From positions 32,001-96,000 of IMG/VR virus record IMGVR_UViG_2595698868_000001: a DNA stretch of 64,000 nucleotides, one strand, 5' to 3'. The position numbers were made by a program, and so were the translations under genes. Origin of the DNA: a virus. Taxonomy: Duplodnaviria > Caudoviricetes. Below the pieces are notes generated by a model. It searched no databases and was not told the origin of the DNA. It saw only the letters and a list, made by a program, of their open reading frames with translations. Below are positions 9,344-19,800 of the stretch, piece after piece. Numbering within the stretch: position 1 is the stretch's first letter; the number at the start of each line of letters is the position of its first letter.

Positions 9344-9775
9344 TCAATCGTCCTCGTCTTCCGTGTCGTCCGCCATCGCTTCGACCAACGGGATCAGGTT
9401 GTCGCGATGCAGCGTGTGCCAGACGTAGGCGTCGTCCTCGGTCTTCAGCAGCACGTACAGGTACTGCTCTGCGAACTCGCGCTGCACAGCGTTCACATCG
9501 ACGAGCACCCGAGGCGCGACGCCGCTCTCGCCGCGATCGCGGCCGTATGCGACGGTCCAGCCCTTCGTCGGATTGTTGAAGTCGTGCTTCTCGCCGACCT
9601 CTTCGTTGATGACGCTGAGGTCGCCCAGGGCAGCCAGTTTTCGCGCCTTTTCGACGTCCGAGTAGTGGTCCAGCAACGTCTGACCGTTGCCCTCATAATA
9701 GCCGTCCCAATGGACGTAGATGAAGAGGAAGGAGCCGTCTTCCTGCTGGACGGCGACGTTGCTGCGAGTGGCCAT
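9344..9775 (-). CDS. conserved phage hypothetical protein
   Basis: MATRS...IYVHWDGY..GNG..LL.HY ... AYGRDRGE, a common phage family pattern. Confidence 0.8.
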   Translation of the reverse strand: MATRSNVAVQQEDGSFLFIYVHWDGYYEGNGQTLLDHYSDVEKARKLAALGDLSVINEEVGEKHDFNNPTKGWTVAYGRDRGESGVAPRVLVDVNAVQREFAEQYLYVLLKTEDDAYVWHTLHRDNLIPLVEAMADDTEDEDD

Positions 9776-9860
9776 GAGGGAACCCCGGTTAACTATGCCT
9801 TCAGCCATAATCGGTTTATCCCTTGATGCAAGCGAAATGTCTGCCCTGCTTGCGCCAGAG

Positions 9861-9900
9861 TGCCAGGAATCTTGACACTTTGGGTTAACCATGCCACAAG
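9861..9900 (+). promoter_or_regulatory. promoter motif TGCCAGGAATCTTGACA with TTAACCAT
   Basis: exact motif copy upstream of 9961. Confidence 0.7.
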
Positions 9901-9960
9901 AAACGGGCTTGCGGCGCATGGTTGCCGCCCTTTCTGAATTTCCTCCGCCGCAGGAACCAC

Positions 9961-10467
9961 ATGAGCGAATCCGTCATCATTTACGGGCCGAACGGCCCCG
10001 AACGTCACTCGCCGGCCAACGCCCGCGATCTCGTCTACACCGGCCTCTATAGCTGGGCTGAATTTTTCAAGACCACGCCGACCGCCATCGCGCCGTTCGC
10101 GCGCCTCGACGTCCCCTCGGGCAGCCTGACCCAGGACGTGCTGGACAAGGCGATCGTGAAGGAAGAAGGCGGCGCTTCGGGAGCGGCTTCGAGCGCCGCT
10201 GCTGCCCTGGCTGCTCAGCAGGCCCAGATGCAAGCGGCCCTGCTCCAACAGCAAGCCCTGGCTCAGGCCGCTGCCCAGGCCCAAGCGGCTGCTGCTGCCG
10301 CCGCGCCGGCTCCGGCCGTGGAAATCCCGGACTTCAGCAAGCCGGTCGAAGTCGACGCCTCGGACCTGGACGATGACGGCGATGTCGCCGAAGCTGAAGT
10401 CGTCGCCGACGAAGAAATCGCCACGCCGACCCCGCGTGGTCGTGGCCGTCCGCGCAAGAACGCCTAA
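9961..10467 (+). CDS. Ala/Gln-rich protein with C-terminal AT-hook-like motif
   Basis: AGGA SD; ends TPRGRGRPRKNA. Confidence 0.75.
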   Translation: MSESVIIYGPNGPERHSPANARDLVYTGLYSWAEFFKTTPTAIAPFARLDVPSGSLTQDVLDKAIVKEEGGASGAASSAAAALAAQQAQMQAALLQQQALAQAAAQAQAAAAAAAPAPAVEIPDFSKPVEVDASDLDDDGDVAEAEVVADEEIATPTPRGRGRPRKNA

Positions 10468-10606
10468 GTCGGCGTCGACCCTGCATCAACCTCAGGGTCG
10501 TTAAATATGAGGCAGGGTCAACCCCTGTAGGTCCGCGCTAGCGCCGTATTCCGAGGCCGCACCTGTAAGAGGGCCGTATCGGAAGGTCTCGGAGCGGGAG
10601 ATATTG

Positions 10607-10638
10607 AAAGGCCCCGAACTCACGTTCGGGGCCTTTTG
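10607..10638. terminator. bidirectional intrinsic terminator
   Basis: AAAGGCCCCGAAC-TCAC-GTTCGGGGCCTTTT between convergent ORFs. Confidence 0.8.
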
Positions 10639-10642
10639 ATTC

Positions 10643-10933
10643 TCAGAAACGACTGAACTTGCCGGGGTAGAAGGCCTGATGGTTGATGCGCCTTTCCCGG
10701 ATCAGCAGCGCGAAGATGCGGCCCCGCCCTCGGTACCGGCGCTTCCACTTGTAGCGATGGACGAAGCGCGTCGCGCCCGGCCCGACGCCAAGCTTGGCGG
10801 TCCCGGTTCGGACACCCCAGAGCGGCGACTTGTTCACGGTACTGCGATAGATGTGAATTTGGCGATCGGTCTGGAAGTAGAGATCGCCGTTCATGCCTCG
10901 GTAAAGGCGGGATTTGCCGGGGAAACGGCGCAT
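10643..10933 (-). CDS. basic hypothetical protein
   Basis: 96-aa Arg-rich ORF converging on the terminator. Confidence 0.45.
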   Translation of the reverse strand: MRRFPGKSRLYRGMNGDLYFQTDRQIHIYRSTVNKSPLWGVRTGTAKLGVGPGATRFVHRYKWKRRYRGRGRIFALLIRERRINHQAFYPGKFSRF

Positions 10934-11013
10934 ACGCGGACCTTCCGAACTGCCAGGAATCTTGACATCTGAGCCAATCCGTGACAGAAGTCAAGGGCTA
11001 ATTTTAGCCCCTC

Positions 11014-11412
11014 TTGGCGGAATTTTCGGTGCCCAACCTCTCCTACTTTTCGCACGACAACATGATCGCGCAGTTTGGTCCGAACCAGACTTTCGCGGTG
11101 CTCGTTGACGCGCCGAACCCGGATGGCACCGGGCTGGTCGAGCCCAACGAGGCCTGGGGCTACGCGCGTCAAGCGATCGACTTCGAAGCCACGCGATCGA
11201 CCTCGGAGTCGGGCGTGACGGTGCTGCGCAACACCAACAACGTGGTCTTCGGCCCGGCGGTCACCGCCGACTGGCCGATGGTCCAATGGTTCGCTGTCTT
11301 CGACGAAAACGACAACATGATCTACTATGGTCGTTTGCGAACTGCACGTACGACTAAGCTGGGCGAAGTCACGGCGTTCCCGATCGAAGACATCGAAATT
11401 CGCCTTCGGTAA
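11014..11412 (+). CDS. virion structural protein
   Basis: GYARQ..F...N.N.V.F..TADW..V.WFAVFD...G pattern typical of phage structural proteins. Confidence 0.75.
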   Translation: MAEFSVPNLSYFSHDNMIAQFGPNQTFAVLVDAPNPDGTGLVEPNEAWGYARQAIDFEATRSTSESGVTVLRNTNNVVFGPAVTADWPMVQWFAVFDENDNMIYYGRLRTARTTKLGEVTAFPIEDIEIRLR

Positions 11413-11418
11413 GCGCTG

Positions 11419-13299
11419 ATGGCGAAGCGAGTCAGCATCACGCTCGACGTGGCGACGGATGTAGATTCGCGTCACGGCCTGGGCATGACCGCAGGTCTTC
11501 CGCCGGAGATCGAAGGCGGCACCATGGGTATCATGGATGCTGTCGTTGGCGCGGCGGTCGACGGTGGCGGGATCGTCGTCGTTCCTGGAACGATCGAAGA
11601 CCTCGTCGACGTCGAGATCAATCCGTCGACCTTGGCAGACGGCGATGTTCTGGTCTGGCGCGAGGCGCGTTGGGTCAACGAGCCTCAATCGGGCGGCGGT
11701 CCGGGCGGTAACGGTTTCCAGATTCCGCTTGGCCCGGTCGAGACGGCTGGTGACGGGTCCTGGTTGCCGGGCGCGGTTCCCCTGGCGGACGATATGGCGG
11801 TCAGTGAAGGCATCGACCGCATCAATGAAGTTCTTGGCAAGCTGGTCCCCACCCAGCCACCCGAATTCCCGAACGGCGGCCTTTCGCTGTCGAATACCGG
11901 AGGCTCCTCGCCGCGACTAGCGACGGGCGTGACCGATAATACGGGTGATACGCCCTACGCGCCGGGAGGCAGCGTTACGCGTGTCCCATCGGCGGGCGTG
12001 TCGAGCTTCGCCTTCAATGACGTGGGTCCGGGCGACAGCGGTACGGTGTCTGTTTGGATGAACGATGTCGAGGTCGCCAGCCGCGCCCTGACCGGCTCCG
12101 GCGACAACGGCATCTACAATGGTCTTCAGATCGCCGACCAGAAGGACTACCCGACTGCGCAGCCGGGCTTTTGGAAGTCGATCGACGTCTCGCTCAACGG
12201 CGTCCCTGCGGATGTCGGCGTAAACAAGGTCCAGGTGGTTCACTCGGCCGCCGGCCAGACCGCCGAAGTCTATTTCGTGCGCGACGGCATGACCGCGTCG
12301 CCGGTGGTTTCCGGCGGCAGCGTGGCTGAAGCTACCCAGGGCACGCTCGCCTATTCGTCGGGCGTGCCTCACTACGGTTCAGGCGCGTCGCTCACGGTGG
12401 GCGGATCGTTCACGAACCTGTCGGGCGAGACCTACTACGGCGGCTCGGACATCTTCACGGTGTCGGGTGAGAACGGCGTCATCAGCGGCCAGTCGTACGA
12501 CTATAGCACGCTCGGGATCACGGTTCCGCCGGTGCGCCAGAAGACCAGCGCGACCGCGATCACTCCGGTGACCGTGAGCGTGAACGGAAACGTCCATGCG
12601 GTGGGCCGTGTCCAGGGGGCCGCGCGCAACGTGAACGGCACGGGCTCGGCTGTCCTGGCATCGACGATGGTGCTGGTCAAGCGCGGCGCGGCGCCGGCCG
12701 GCAAGGTGGATGAGATGTCGGTGCCCGTGACGGGCATGGGTAGCGTCCCCAACGGCGATAACGCCGTGTCGGTGATGTTGGGAGACGGCGATACGCCGGC
12801 GGGAGCCGCGACGGCCTGGGACCCGACGGCGCTGCTGCCGACCTATTCTGCTTCGGTTGTGGCGGGCGTGCTCAAGCACGACCAGATCGACTATACCGCC
12901 GGCTACCTGCCGCAGGGACCCAACTATTCGGTGGGTCGCTCGGGACCTCAGTACCGCACTTGGTCGTTCAAGCGCGCCTCGCGCTCGACGTTCCGGATCA
13001 CGGTTACCGGTTCCTATGCAGGCTGCTGGATCAAGCTGCCGGGCGTGTCGGATTCCCAGCCGAACGCCCCGAATGGCTGGTGGAACGCCTTCGCCGCATA
13101 TGACGGCGCCGGTATCCCTGGCGAAGCTGGCGACCCCGCCGCCGGCTGCGCGCTCGGCTCCGTGATGAACGGTGGTTCGGGCACGTTCACGATCACCTTC
13201 GGCACGCAGTCCTCGACCAACGCGACCGGCAATGAAGTCCTCATCCGCTTCCGGCTGAACGCCGGCCAACAAATCACCGCGCTGGCGTACAGCAACTAG
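11419..13299 (+). CDS. Gly/Thr/Ser-rich virion protein (paralog A)
   Basis: 626 aa; C-terminal ~520 aa closely similar to 13308..15620. Confidence 0.8.
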   Translation: MAKRVSITLDVATDVDSRHGLGMTAGLPPEIEGGTMGIMDAVVGAAVDGGGIVVVPGTIEDLVDVEINPSTLADGDVLVWREARWVNEPQSGGGPGGNGFQIPLGPVETAGDGSWLPGAVPLADDMAVSEGIDRINEVLGKLVPTQPPEFPNGGLSLSNTGGSSPRLATGVTDNTGDTPYAPGGSVTRVPSAGVSSFAFNDVGPGDSGTVSVWMNDVEVASRALTGSGDNGIYNGLQIADQKDYPTAQPGFWKSIDVSLNGVPADVGVNKVQVVHSAAGQTAEVYFVRDGMTASPVVSGGSVAEATQGTLAYSSGVPHYGSGASLTVGGSFTNLSGETYYGGSDIFTVSGENGVISGQSYDYSTLGITVPPVRQKTSATAITPVTVSVNGNVHAVGRVQGAARNVNGTGSAVLASTMVLVKRGAAPAGKVDEMSVPVTGMGSVPNGDNAVSVMLGDGDTPAGAATAWDPTALLPTYSASVVAGVLKHDQIDYTAGYLPQGPNYSVGRSGPQYRTWSFKRASRSTFRITVTGSYAGCWIKLPGVSDSQPNAPNGWWNAFAAYDGAGIPGEAGDPAAGCALGSVMNGGSGTFTITFGTQSSTNATGNEVLIRFRLNAGQQITALAYSN

Positions 13300-13307
13300 G
13301 TCCAACG

Positions 13308-15620
13308 ATGCCCATCACCACTGACGAAAAGGTCGACTTCCTGTTCAAGCAGGCTGGCTTCGGTGTCGCCAAGACCGAAACGGCCGCGAACAAGACTGGC
13401 TCGAACGAAACCATCCCGTTCCCGCAGGTGGTCTTCCCGGACTCGGTCTGGAAGGAGTCCAACCTCATTCCGCCGTCGGCGCCGGTGTCGTCGGGGGGCG
13501 TTATCGAGGCGTGGACCGGCGCGAACCGCATCCGTGCGACGACCGACCCGACTTCGACTCCGAATCTGACGTGGCTGGCGACTGAAGTCTTCGGAACGCC
13601 CGCCTCGCGTCTGTCGGGCTTCGTGCCGCCGACTTTCGGCTCCAGCTACGCCGTCAAGGTGTATATCGGCGACCCCAACGTGGGTCCGGCCGCGCGTATC
13701 TTCCCCGACACCACGGGCGAGGAATGGGTGTTCAACTACACCTCGGGCGTGCTCATGTTCATGGGCAACAGCATCCCCGCCGCTAAGACCGCCACGATCG
13801 GTTCCGGATCGGTGACGGTCGCCGCCAACGGCATTTACCTCGAACTCTACCAGTACGTCGGCGCGGTCGGCGTGGGCGATGAAGGCGTCGCCAACGGTTA
13901 CGAACTGCCCCTGGGCGGCACCAGCGCCTGGACCGGTGCCGTGCCGCTGGACGACAACACGAGCATCTCCGAGGCCATCGACTTGATCAACAACAAGCTG
14001 GGCGACGTGGCCTCGGACACGCCGGCCGACGGCTTCCATCTCGTCCTGGGCGACGTCACGGTGGACGGCGATGGTTCCTGGTCGCCGGGCGCCGTTCCGT
14101 TCACCAACAACATGCCCGTCAGCGAAGGCATGGATCGCCTCAACGAAGTGCTCGCCAAGCTGATCCCGGCAACGCCGCCGGATTTCCCGAACGGCACGCT
14201 GTCGATCTCGAACACGGCTGGTTCTTCGCCGCGTCTGGCGACGGGCGTCACCGATAATTCGGGTGGCGGTTCGGGCTACGTCGATGGTGGCGCTGTTACC
14301 CGCATCACCGCTGCTGGCATCAACAGCAACACGTTCAACGACGTGGGTCCGGGCGATGTGGGCACGGTCGCGGCGTTCCTGAACGGCGTCGCCACCGCCA
14401 CGCACGCGCTCACGGGTACGGGCGACAACGGGACCTATTCGGGGCTCGTGATTGCCGACCAGAAGGACTACCCCGTCTCGACGCCGGGCTTCTGGAAGTC
14501 GATCGACGTCTCGCTCAACGGGTTCGCGGCTCCGATCGGTATCAACAAGGCCCGTATCTCGCACGGCGGCGCCGGCCAAACCAACGACGTCTTTTTCGTT
14601 CGTGATGCCCTCACGGCAACGCCCGCGATCACTTCGCCCTCGGTCGTCCAGGCCGGCGCGGGCACCCTGGCTTATTCCTCGGGGGTCCCGCACTACGGGA
14701 CCGGCGCGACGCTGACGGTCAACCTGTCGTATTCGAATCTGTCGGGCGAGACCTACTATGGTGGTTCCGACCCCATCACGATCACGGGCACGAACAGCAT
14801 CATCGGCTCGCAGGCGTTCGATTATCCGGCGCTCGGCATCACCACGCCGATCCCGCGCCAGACGACCGCCGCCACGGCGATCACCGCGATCACCGTCAAT
14901 GTGAATCCGACGAACGTCCACAATGTTGGTGTCATCCAGGGCGTCGCCAAGAACGTCAACGGCTCCAGCACGACGACCACGCTGTCGACCACGAACGTCC
15001 TGGTCAAGGCCGGGTCTGCCGGCTCGCGCATCGACGAGATGAGCGTTCCGGTTTCGGGCCTGGGTTCGTCGCCGAACACCAACAACGCCGTCTCGGTGGT
15101 GATGGCAGGCGGCGATACGCCGGCGGGCGCGCCGTCGGCCTGGACGACGTCGACGCAGGTCCAGACCTACGACGCCACGGTCGTCGCTGGCGTACTGAAG
15201 CACGACCAGACCGACTACACCAACTACATGCCGTCCGGCCCGAACTATTCGTCGGGTCGCACGGGTTCGCAGTACCGCACCTTCTCGTTCAACCGTGCGG
15301 CGCGCTCGACCTTCAAGATCACGATCGCGGGCTCCTACGCCGGCTGCTGGATCAAGCTGCCGGGCGTCTCGGATACGCAGCCCAATGCTCCGAACGGTTG
15401 GTGGAACGCATTCCAGGCCTACGACGGCGCCGGCGTTCCGGGCGAAGCCGGCGATACCGCCAACGGCTGCGCGCTGGGCGGCGTCATGTCGGGCGGCTCT
15501 GGCACCTTCACGATCACGTTCGGCACGGAATCGTCGACGAACGCGACCGGCAATCAAATCCTGGTCCGCCTCAAGCTGAACGCGGGCCAGCAAGTCACGG
15601 CACTCTCCTTCTCGAACTAA
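13308..15620 (+). CDS. Gly/Thr/Ser-rich virion protein (paralog B)
   Basis: 770 aa; N-terminus similar to 15622..16317, C-terminus similar to 11419..13299. Confidence 0.8.
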   Translation: MPITTDEKVDFLFKQAGFGVAKTETAANKTGSNETIPFPQVVFPDSVWKESNLIPPSAPVSSGGVIEAWTGANRIRATTDPTSTPNLTWLATEVFGTPASRLSGFVPPTFGSSYAVKVYIGDPNVGPAARIFPDTTGEEWVFNYTSGVLMFMGNSIPAAKTATIGSGSVTVAANGIYLELYQYVGAVGVGDEGVANGYELPLGGTSAWTGAVPLDDNTSISEAIDLINNKLGDVASDTPADGFHLVLGDVTVDGDGSWSPGAVPFTNNMPVSEGMDRLNEVLAKLIPATPPDFPNGTLSISNTAGSSPRLATGVTDNSGGGSGYVDGGAVTRITAAGINSNTFNDVGPGDVGTVAAFLNGVATATHALTGTGDNGTYSGLVIADQKDYPVSTPGFWKSIDVSLNGFAAPIGINKARISHGGAGQTNDVFFVRDALTATPAITSPSVVQAGAGTLAYSSGVPHYGTGATLTVNLSYSNLSGETYYGGSDPITITGTNSIIGSQAFDYPALGITTPIPRQTTAATAITAITVNVNPTNVHNVGVIQGVAKNVNGSSTTTTLSTTNVLVKAGSAGSRIDEMSVPVSGLGSSPNTNNAVSVVMAGGDTPAGAPSAWTTSTQVQTYDATVVAGVLKHDQTDYTNYMPSGPNYSSGRTGSQYRTFSFNRAARSTFKITIAGSYAGCWIKLPGVSDTQPNAPNGWWNAFQAYDGAGVPGEAGDTANGCALGGVMSGGSGTFTITFGTESSTNATGNQILVRLKLNAGQQVTALSFSN

Positions 15621-15621
15621 G

Positions 15622-16317
15622 ATGGCAATCTCGATCAACGAAATCGTCGACGCCCTCCAGAAGAAGATTCTGAGCGGCAAGACCAAGACCGGCAAGTCGA
15701 CCGACAAGTTCCCCTCGAACGAGTCGATCTCCTCGCCGCTCGTGGTCTTCCCGGACAACATCTGGAAGGACGCTGCTTCGGTGCCGGCCTCGCCGCCGGC
15801 GTCGACGAATTCGTTGGTCACGGTCTATGCGGGCGCCTCGCGTATCCGGATGACGGCCGACCCCACCTCGGCTCCAAACGAGACGTGGCTGGCGACGTCG
15901 ACCTACAACAATCCGGCCACGCGCCTGACGGACTTCTTGGACACGAACTTCGGCACTGGCTACGCCGTTCGCGTCTTCATCGGCGACCCCAACGGGGGAC
16001 CCGCCGCGCGTATTTTCCCCGACACGACCGGGGAAGAATGGACCTTCGATTACGTGGCGGGCGTGCTGAACTTCCCGACCGCCGTACCGGGATCGAAGAC
16101 TGCAACCGTGGGTTCCGGGACCGTCAGCGTGGCGGGCAACGGCATCTACATCGAGGTCTACCGCTACACGGGCGAAAAGGGCGTGGGTGGCGGTGGCGTT
16201 CAACCTGGGGACCTGGGGACCATGGCCACTCAGGACTCCGATGCGGTCGCGATCACCGGGGGTGACATCGCCAACGTAACCTTCTCCAACGTCACCATCG
16301 ACGGTGGCACTTTCTAA
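15622..16317 (+). CDS. virion protein (paralog C)
   Basis: shares IGDPN.GPAARIFPDTTGEEW.F.Y..GVL with 13308. Confidence 0.8.
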   Translation: MAISINEIVDALQKKILSGKTKTGKSTDKFPSNESISSPLVVFPDNIWKDAASVPASPPASTNSLVTVYAGASRIRMTADPTSAPNETWLATSTYNNPATRLTDFLDTNFGTGYAVRVFIGDPNGGPAARIFPDTTGEEWTFDYVAGVLNFPTAVPGSKTATVGSGTVSVAGNGIYIEVYRYTGEKGVGGGGVQPGDLGTMATQDSDAVAITGGDIANVTFSNVTIDGGTF

Positions 16318-16329
16318 AGGGCAAAGCCG

Positions 16330-16752
16330 ATGGCTTCTATCGTCTACAACTCCATGCTCGACGATCTCGTCAAGGGCAACATCAACTTCGGGTCCGACTC
16401 GTTCAAGGTCATGCTGGTCACCAGCACCTATACCGCGAACAAGGACACGCACATGAAGCGGTCCGACGTCACGGCTGGCGAAGTCACGGGCACCGGCTAC
16501 ACCGCCGGCGGCCAAGCCACGACCGTGACCTGCACCAAGGACACTTCGTTCGACCGTGAAGACCTCACGTTCTCGACCGTGACCTGGACGTCCGCGACGA
16601 TCACCGCCAATGCGGCGGTCATCTACAAGTCGCGTAACGGCGCGGCTTCGGCTGACGAACTCGTGGCCTACGTCGACTTCGGTCAGAACGTCTCGTCCAC
16701 GAACGCTAACTTCGCGGTCAGCTTCTCCAGCCCGCTGCGCTTCCAGAACTAA
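16330..16752 (+). CDS. virion structural protein
   Basis: DSFKVMLV...EVTGTGYTAGG...AVIY...LVAYVDFG family pattern, biased codons. Confidence 0.8.
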   Translation: MASIVYNSMLDDLVKGNINFGSDSFKVMLVTSTYTANKDTHMKRSDVTAGEVTGTGYTAGGQATTVTCTKDTSFDREDLTFSTVTWTSATITANAAVIYKSRNGAASADELVAYVDFGQNVSSTNANFAVSFSSPLRFQN

Positions 16753-16757
16753 TCGAG

Positions 16758-16786
16758 GAGTCACGTTTCCTTGTGAAACGTGACTC
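16758..16786. repeat. GAGTCACGTTTC-N5-GAAACGTGACTC inverted repeat, copy 2
   Basis: perfect palindrome before the giant gene. Confidence 0.9.
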
Positions 16787-16839
16787 TTTCGTTTACTATG
16801 CCGGCTTTCCCACAACGCTGATCGAAGCGCCCCTGACTC

Positions 16840-19800
16840 GTGGCTAATCTCGACCTGAATACGCCTGTCTCCGTCGCCTACTCGGGCGGCGTGGAAACGT
16901 ATGTCGCGACGTCCGCCGGTCAGGTTACCGTCCACATGTGGGGTGGTGCGGGCGCCGGCGGCTACTACTCGGGTGGATCGGGTAATACGGACCGGCGCGG
17001 TGGGGCCGGTGGCTATGCAACCGTTCGTTTCTTCGTCAAGCCCGGCGATATCCTGTCGACCGAAGTGGGACAGGGCGGTCAAGTCGCTACTGGCTCGGGT
17101 GCGACCGTCACCTCGGGTGGTAATGGTGGCTGGCCTGATGGTGGGTTCGGCGGCAAGTCATCGTCAAATACCGGCATCGGGTTCGGCGGCGGCGGCGGCT
17201 CAACCCGCCTCTACAAGAACGGTGAACTCGTTGCGGTCGCCGGCGGCGGCGGCGGTGCGACCGGCTTCTACTATGGGGGCAACGGCGGCGGCGTGTCCGG
17301 TTGGGCGTCTACTGACGCCTCTTCGGGTGGCGGCGGCACGCAAACGGCTGGCGGGGCTACCGGCACGGGCGTAACCGGCATGGCCGGTTCTTATTTCCAG
17401 GGTGGTTTGGGCGCGGCTGTACAAGCCACGGCGGCGCCAACGGCGGGGGCCGGCGGCGGCGGAGGCTATTACGGTGGTGGTTCGAACGGCGGAGCCTCGG
17501 GCGCGCACGGCTCCGGCGGTGGAGGCTCGGGCTACATCAACTCGAATGGTCAATATAATGGGGCGTTGAAGGCCGGTCAGAACAACACCGGTATTCCCTA
17601 TGATGTTTCGGGGGTTCGCGGATCGGGTATTGCGGAGGGCGGTACTGGCCCCACGGCGGCAAATAGCTGGAATCTGATCACGCCCGGTGGCAACGGCCAA
17701 CTCTACATGACGTTGGCTGATCCGTCTGCGACGGCGACCACGTTCCCGACCTCGGGCACGACCACGCTCAGCTACACCGGATCGCGCCTCGTCTACGTCG
17801 CCACGCAGTTGATGTCGGTTGACTTCGAGATGTGGGGCGGAGGTGGCTCCGGCGGCTTCTACACGTCTGGCGGCAATTCCGGCGTGAAGGGTGGCGCAGG
17901 TGGCTACACCAAGCTGACGCGTATCTTCTATCCCGGCGACATCGTCGAGATCGAGGTTGCCCAGGGTGGGCAGGCTCCCACCTCTCCTGGCGGCCTGAAC
18001 ATCGGTGGCGTGGGCGGTTGGCCCAATGGGGGCGATGGTGGACGTCCAACGACCACTACCAACAACATGGGCGGCGGTGGCGGCTCGTCCAACATTTTCG
18101 TCAACGGCCGGCTTCTGGCCGTGGCTGCGGGCGGCGGCGGCTCGACGGGCTTCTATAACGGCGGCAATGGCGGCGGACGCTATGGCCTAGCCGATGCTGC
18201 GACCACCAACAGTGGCAACGGCGGCACCTGGGCGCTTGTCGGTACGGGCTTGAACCGAGCCTACCTCCTGCTGGGCGGGCATGGTTCGCCCAACGAAACG
18301 CGTGACGTCGCGATCTCTACGGCTGGCGCAGGCGGTGGCGGTGGTTATTGGGGCGGTGGCGGCGCGCGCGGTGGGGCGAATACCCATGGCGCGGGCGGCG
18401 GCGGCTGCGGCTATCACAGCGGCGACAACACCTACAACCGCGACATGCAGATCGGCGTGGCGCAATCGGGTAATCCGTATTCCACGGCGGCCCGTCCGGC
18501 TGGCGTAGGCCAAGGCGGCGTCAGTGGCACGACGGCCGGCACGACGACGAATGGCGGCGACGGCGCGATCGTTTTTACCGTCACGCCCATCACGCCCACT
18601 ACCCTTCCGACCGACAAGACGGCGCTGAGTTTCACGGGCGCGCCTGTCCACTACATCGCTGACAGCTACGGCGCCATGAGCGTCAAGGCGTGGGCCGCAG
18701 GCGGCGGCGGCGGCACGAAGGCGACGGGTACCGCGCCTCGCGGCGGCGGCGGCGGTTTCGCCCAAATCCCTACGGTCAAGATCAAGCCGGGCGACATCAT
18801 CACGTGTGTGGTCGGCGAAGGTGGTCGTGGCCAGCCCTCTGGCACCCTAGGTGGGCGAGGCGGATACCCCAATGGCGAAGGCGGTAATGCCGCTGATGCG
18901 ACCGGCGGCAGCGGCGGCGGTGGCGGCTCCTCGCACGTCTATCTGAATGGCGAACTCATTTTGGTGGCCGGCGGTGGTGGCGGCGGCTCGATCTCGTTCG
19001 GCGGCGCCTCCGGGGGCCAGCCGTCCTATGCGCCCAGCAGCAACAGCTTCGAAACCCATGGCTCCAGCCTCAACTTGGCAGGCTGGGCGCCTCAACGCGC
19101 GTTGGAAGGTAACAACCGTGCGACCTTCATGCTGGGAGGTATGGGTCAGATCGATGGCAATCTGACCATCGATACGCCCAACAGCCTGTGCGGCGGCGGC
19201 GGCGGCGGCGGTTATTACGGCGGGGCTGGCTCTGTCCCGCTCAACTCGCGCTTCTACGGCGGCGGCGCTGGAACGACCTACATTCATCCGTCTTACGTGG
19301 GTTCGGCGATCGTCGCCACGGTCAGCGGTTCGAACACGACTGACGCCGATTGGGTGTCCGGCATCAGCGTCGCCGGTCAAGGCTCGAACACGGTCGGCAG
19401 TTCTACGCTGATCGGCGGCAACGGTCGCATCGTTATCGACTTCGACATTCCCGCGACTCTGAATGAGAGCGCGACGACGGCTGTTCCGGTCCAGAGCAAC
19501 GTGCAGACCTACATGGTCGGCAGCGATGGCGATCTGGTTCTGAACGCCTGGGGCGGCGGCGGTGGCGGCTCGACTGTGCCTTCGGGCGGCGGCGGTGAGC
19601 GCGGTGGCGGCGGAGGCTACGCGGCCGGCACTGTGACCGTCAAGAAGGGCCAGATCATCAAGTTCTACAATGGTCGTGGCGGCGGCGGGGCGACCTATAC
19701 GAGTGGTACGGCGACCGCTATGGTCGGCTCGGGTGGCCTCGGCGGCTGGCCCGACGGTGGTAACGGCGGTCTGAATACCTCCTGCATCAGCGGCGGCGGT

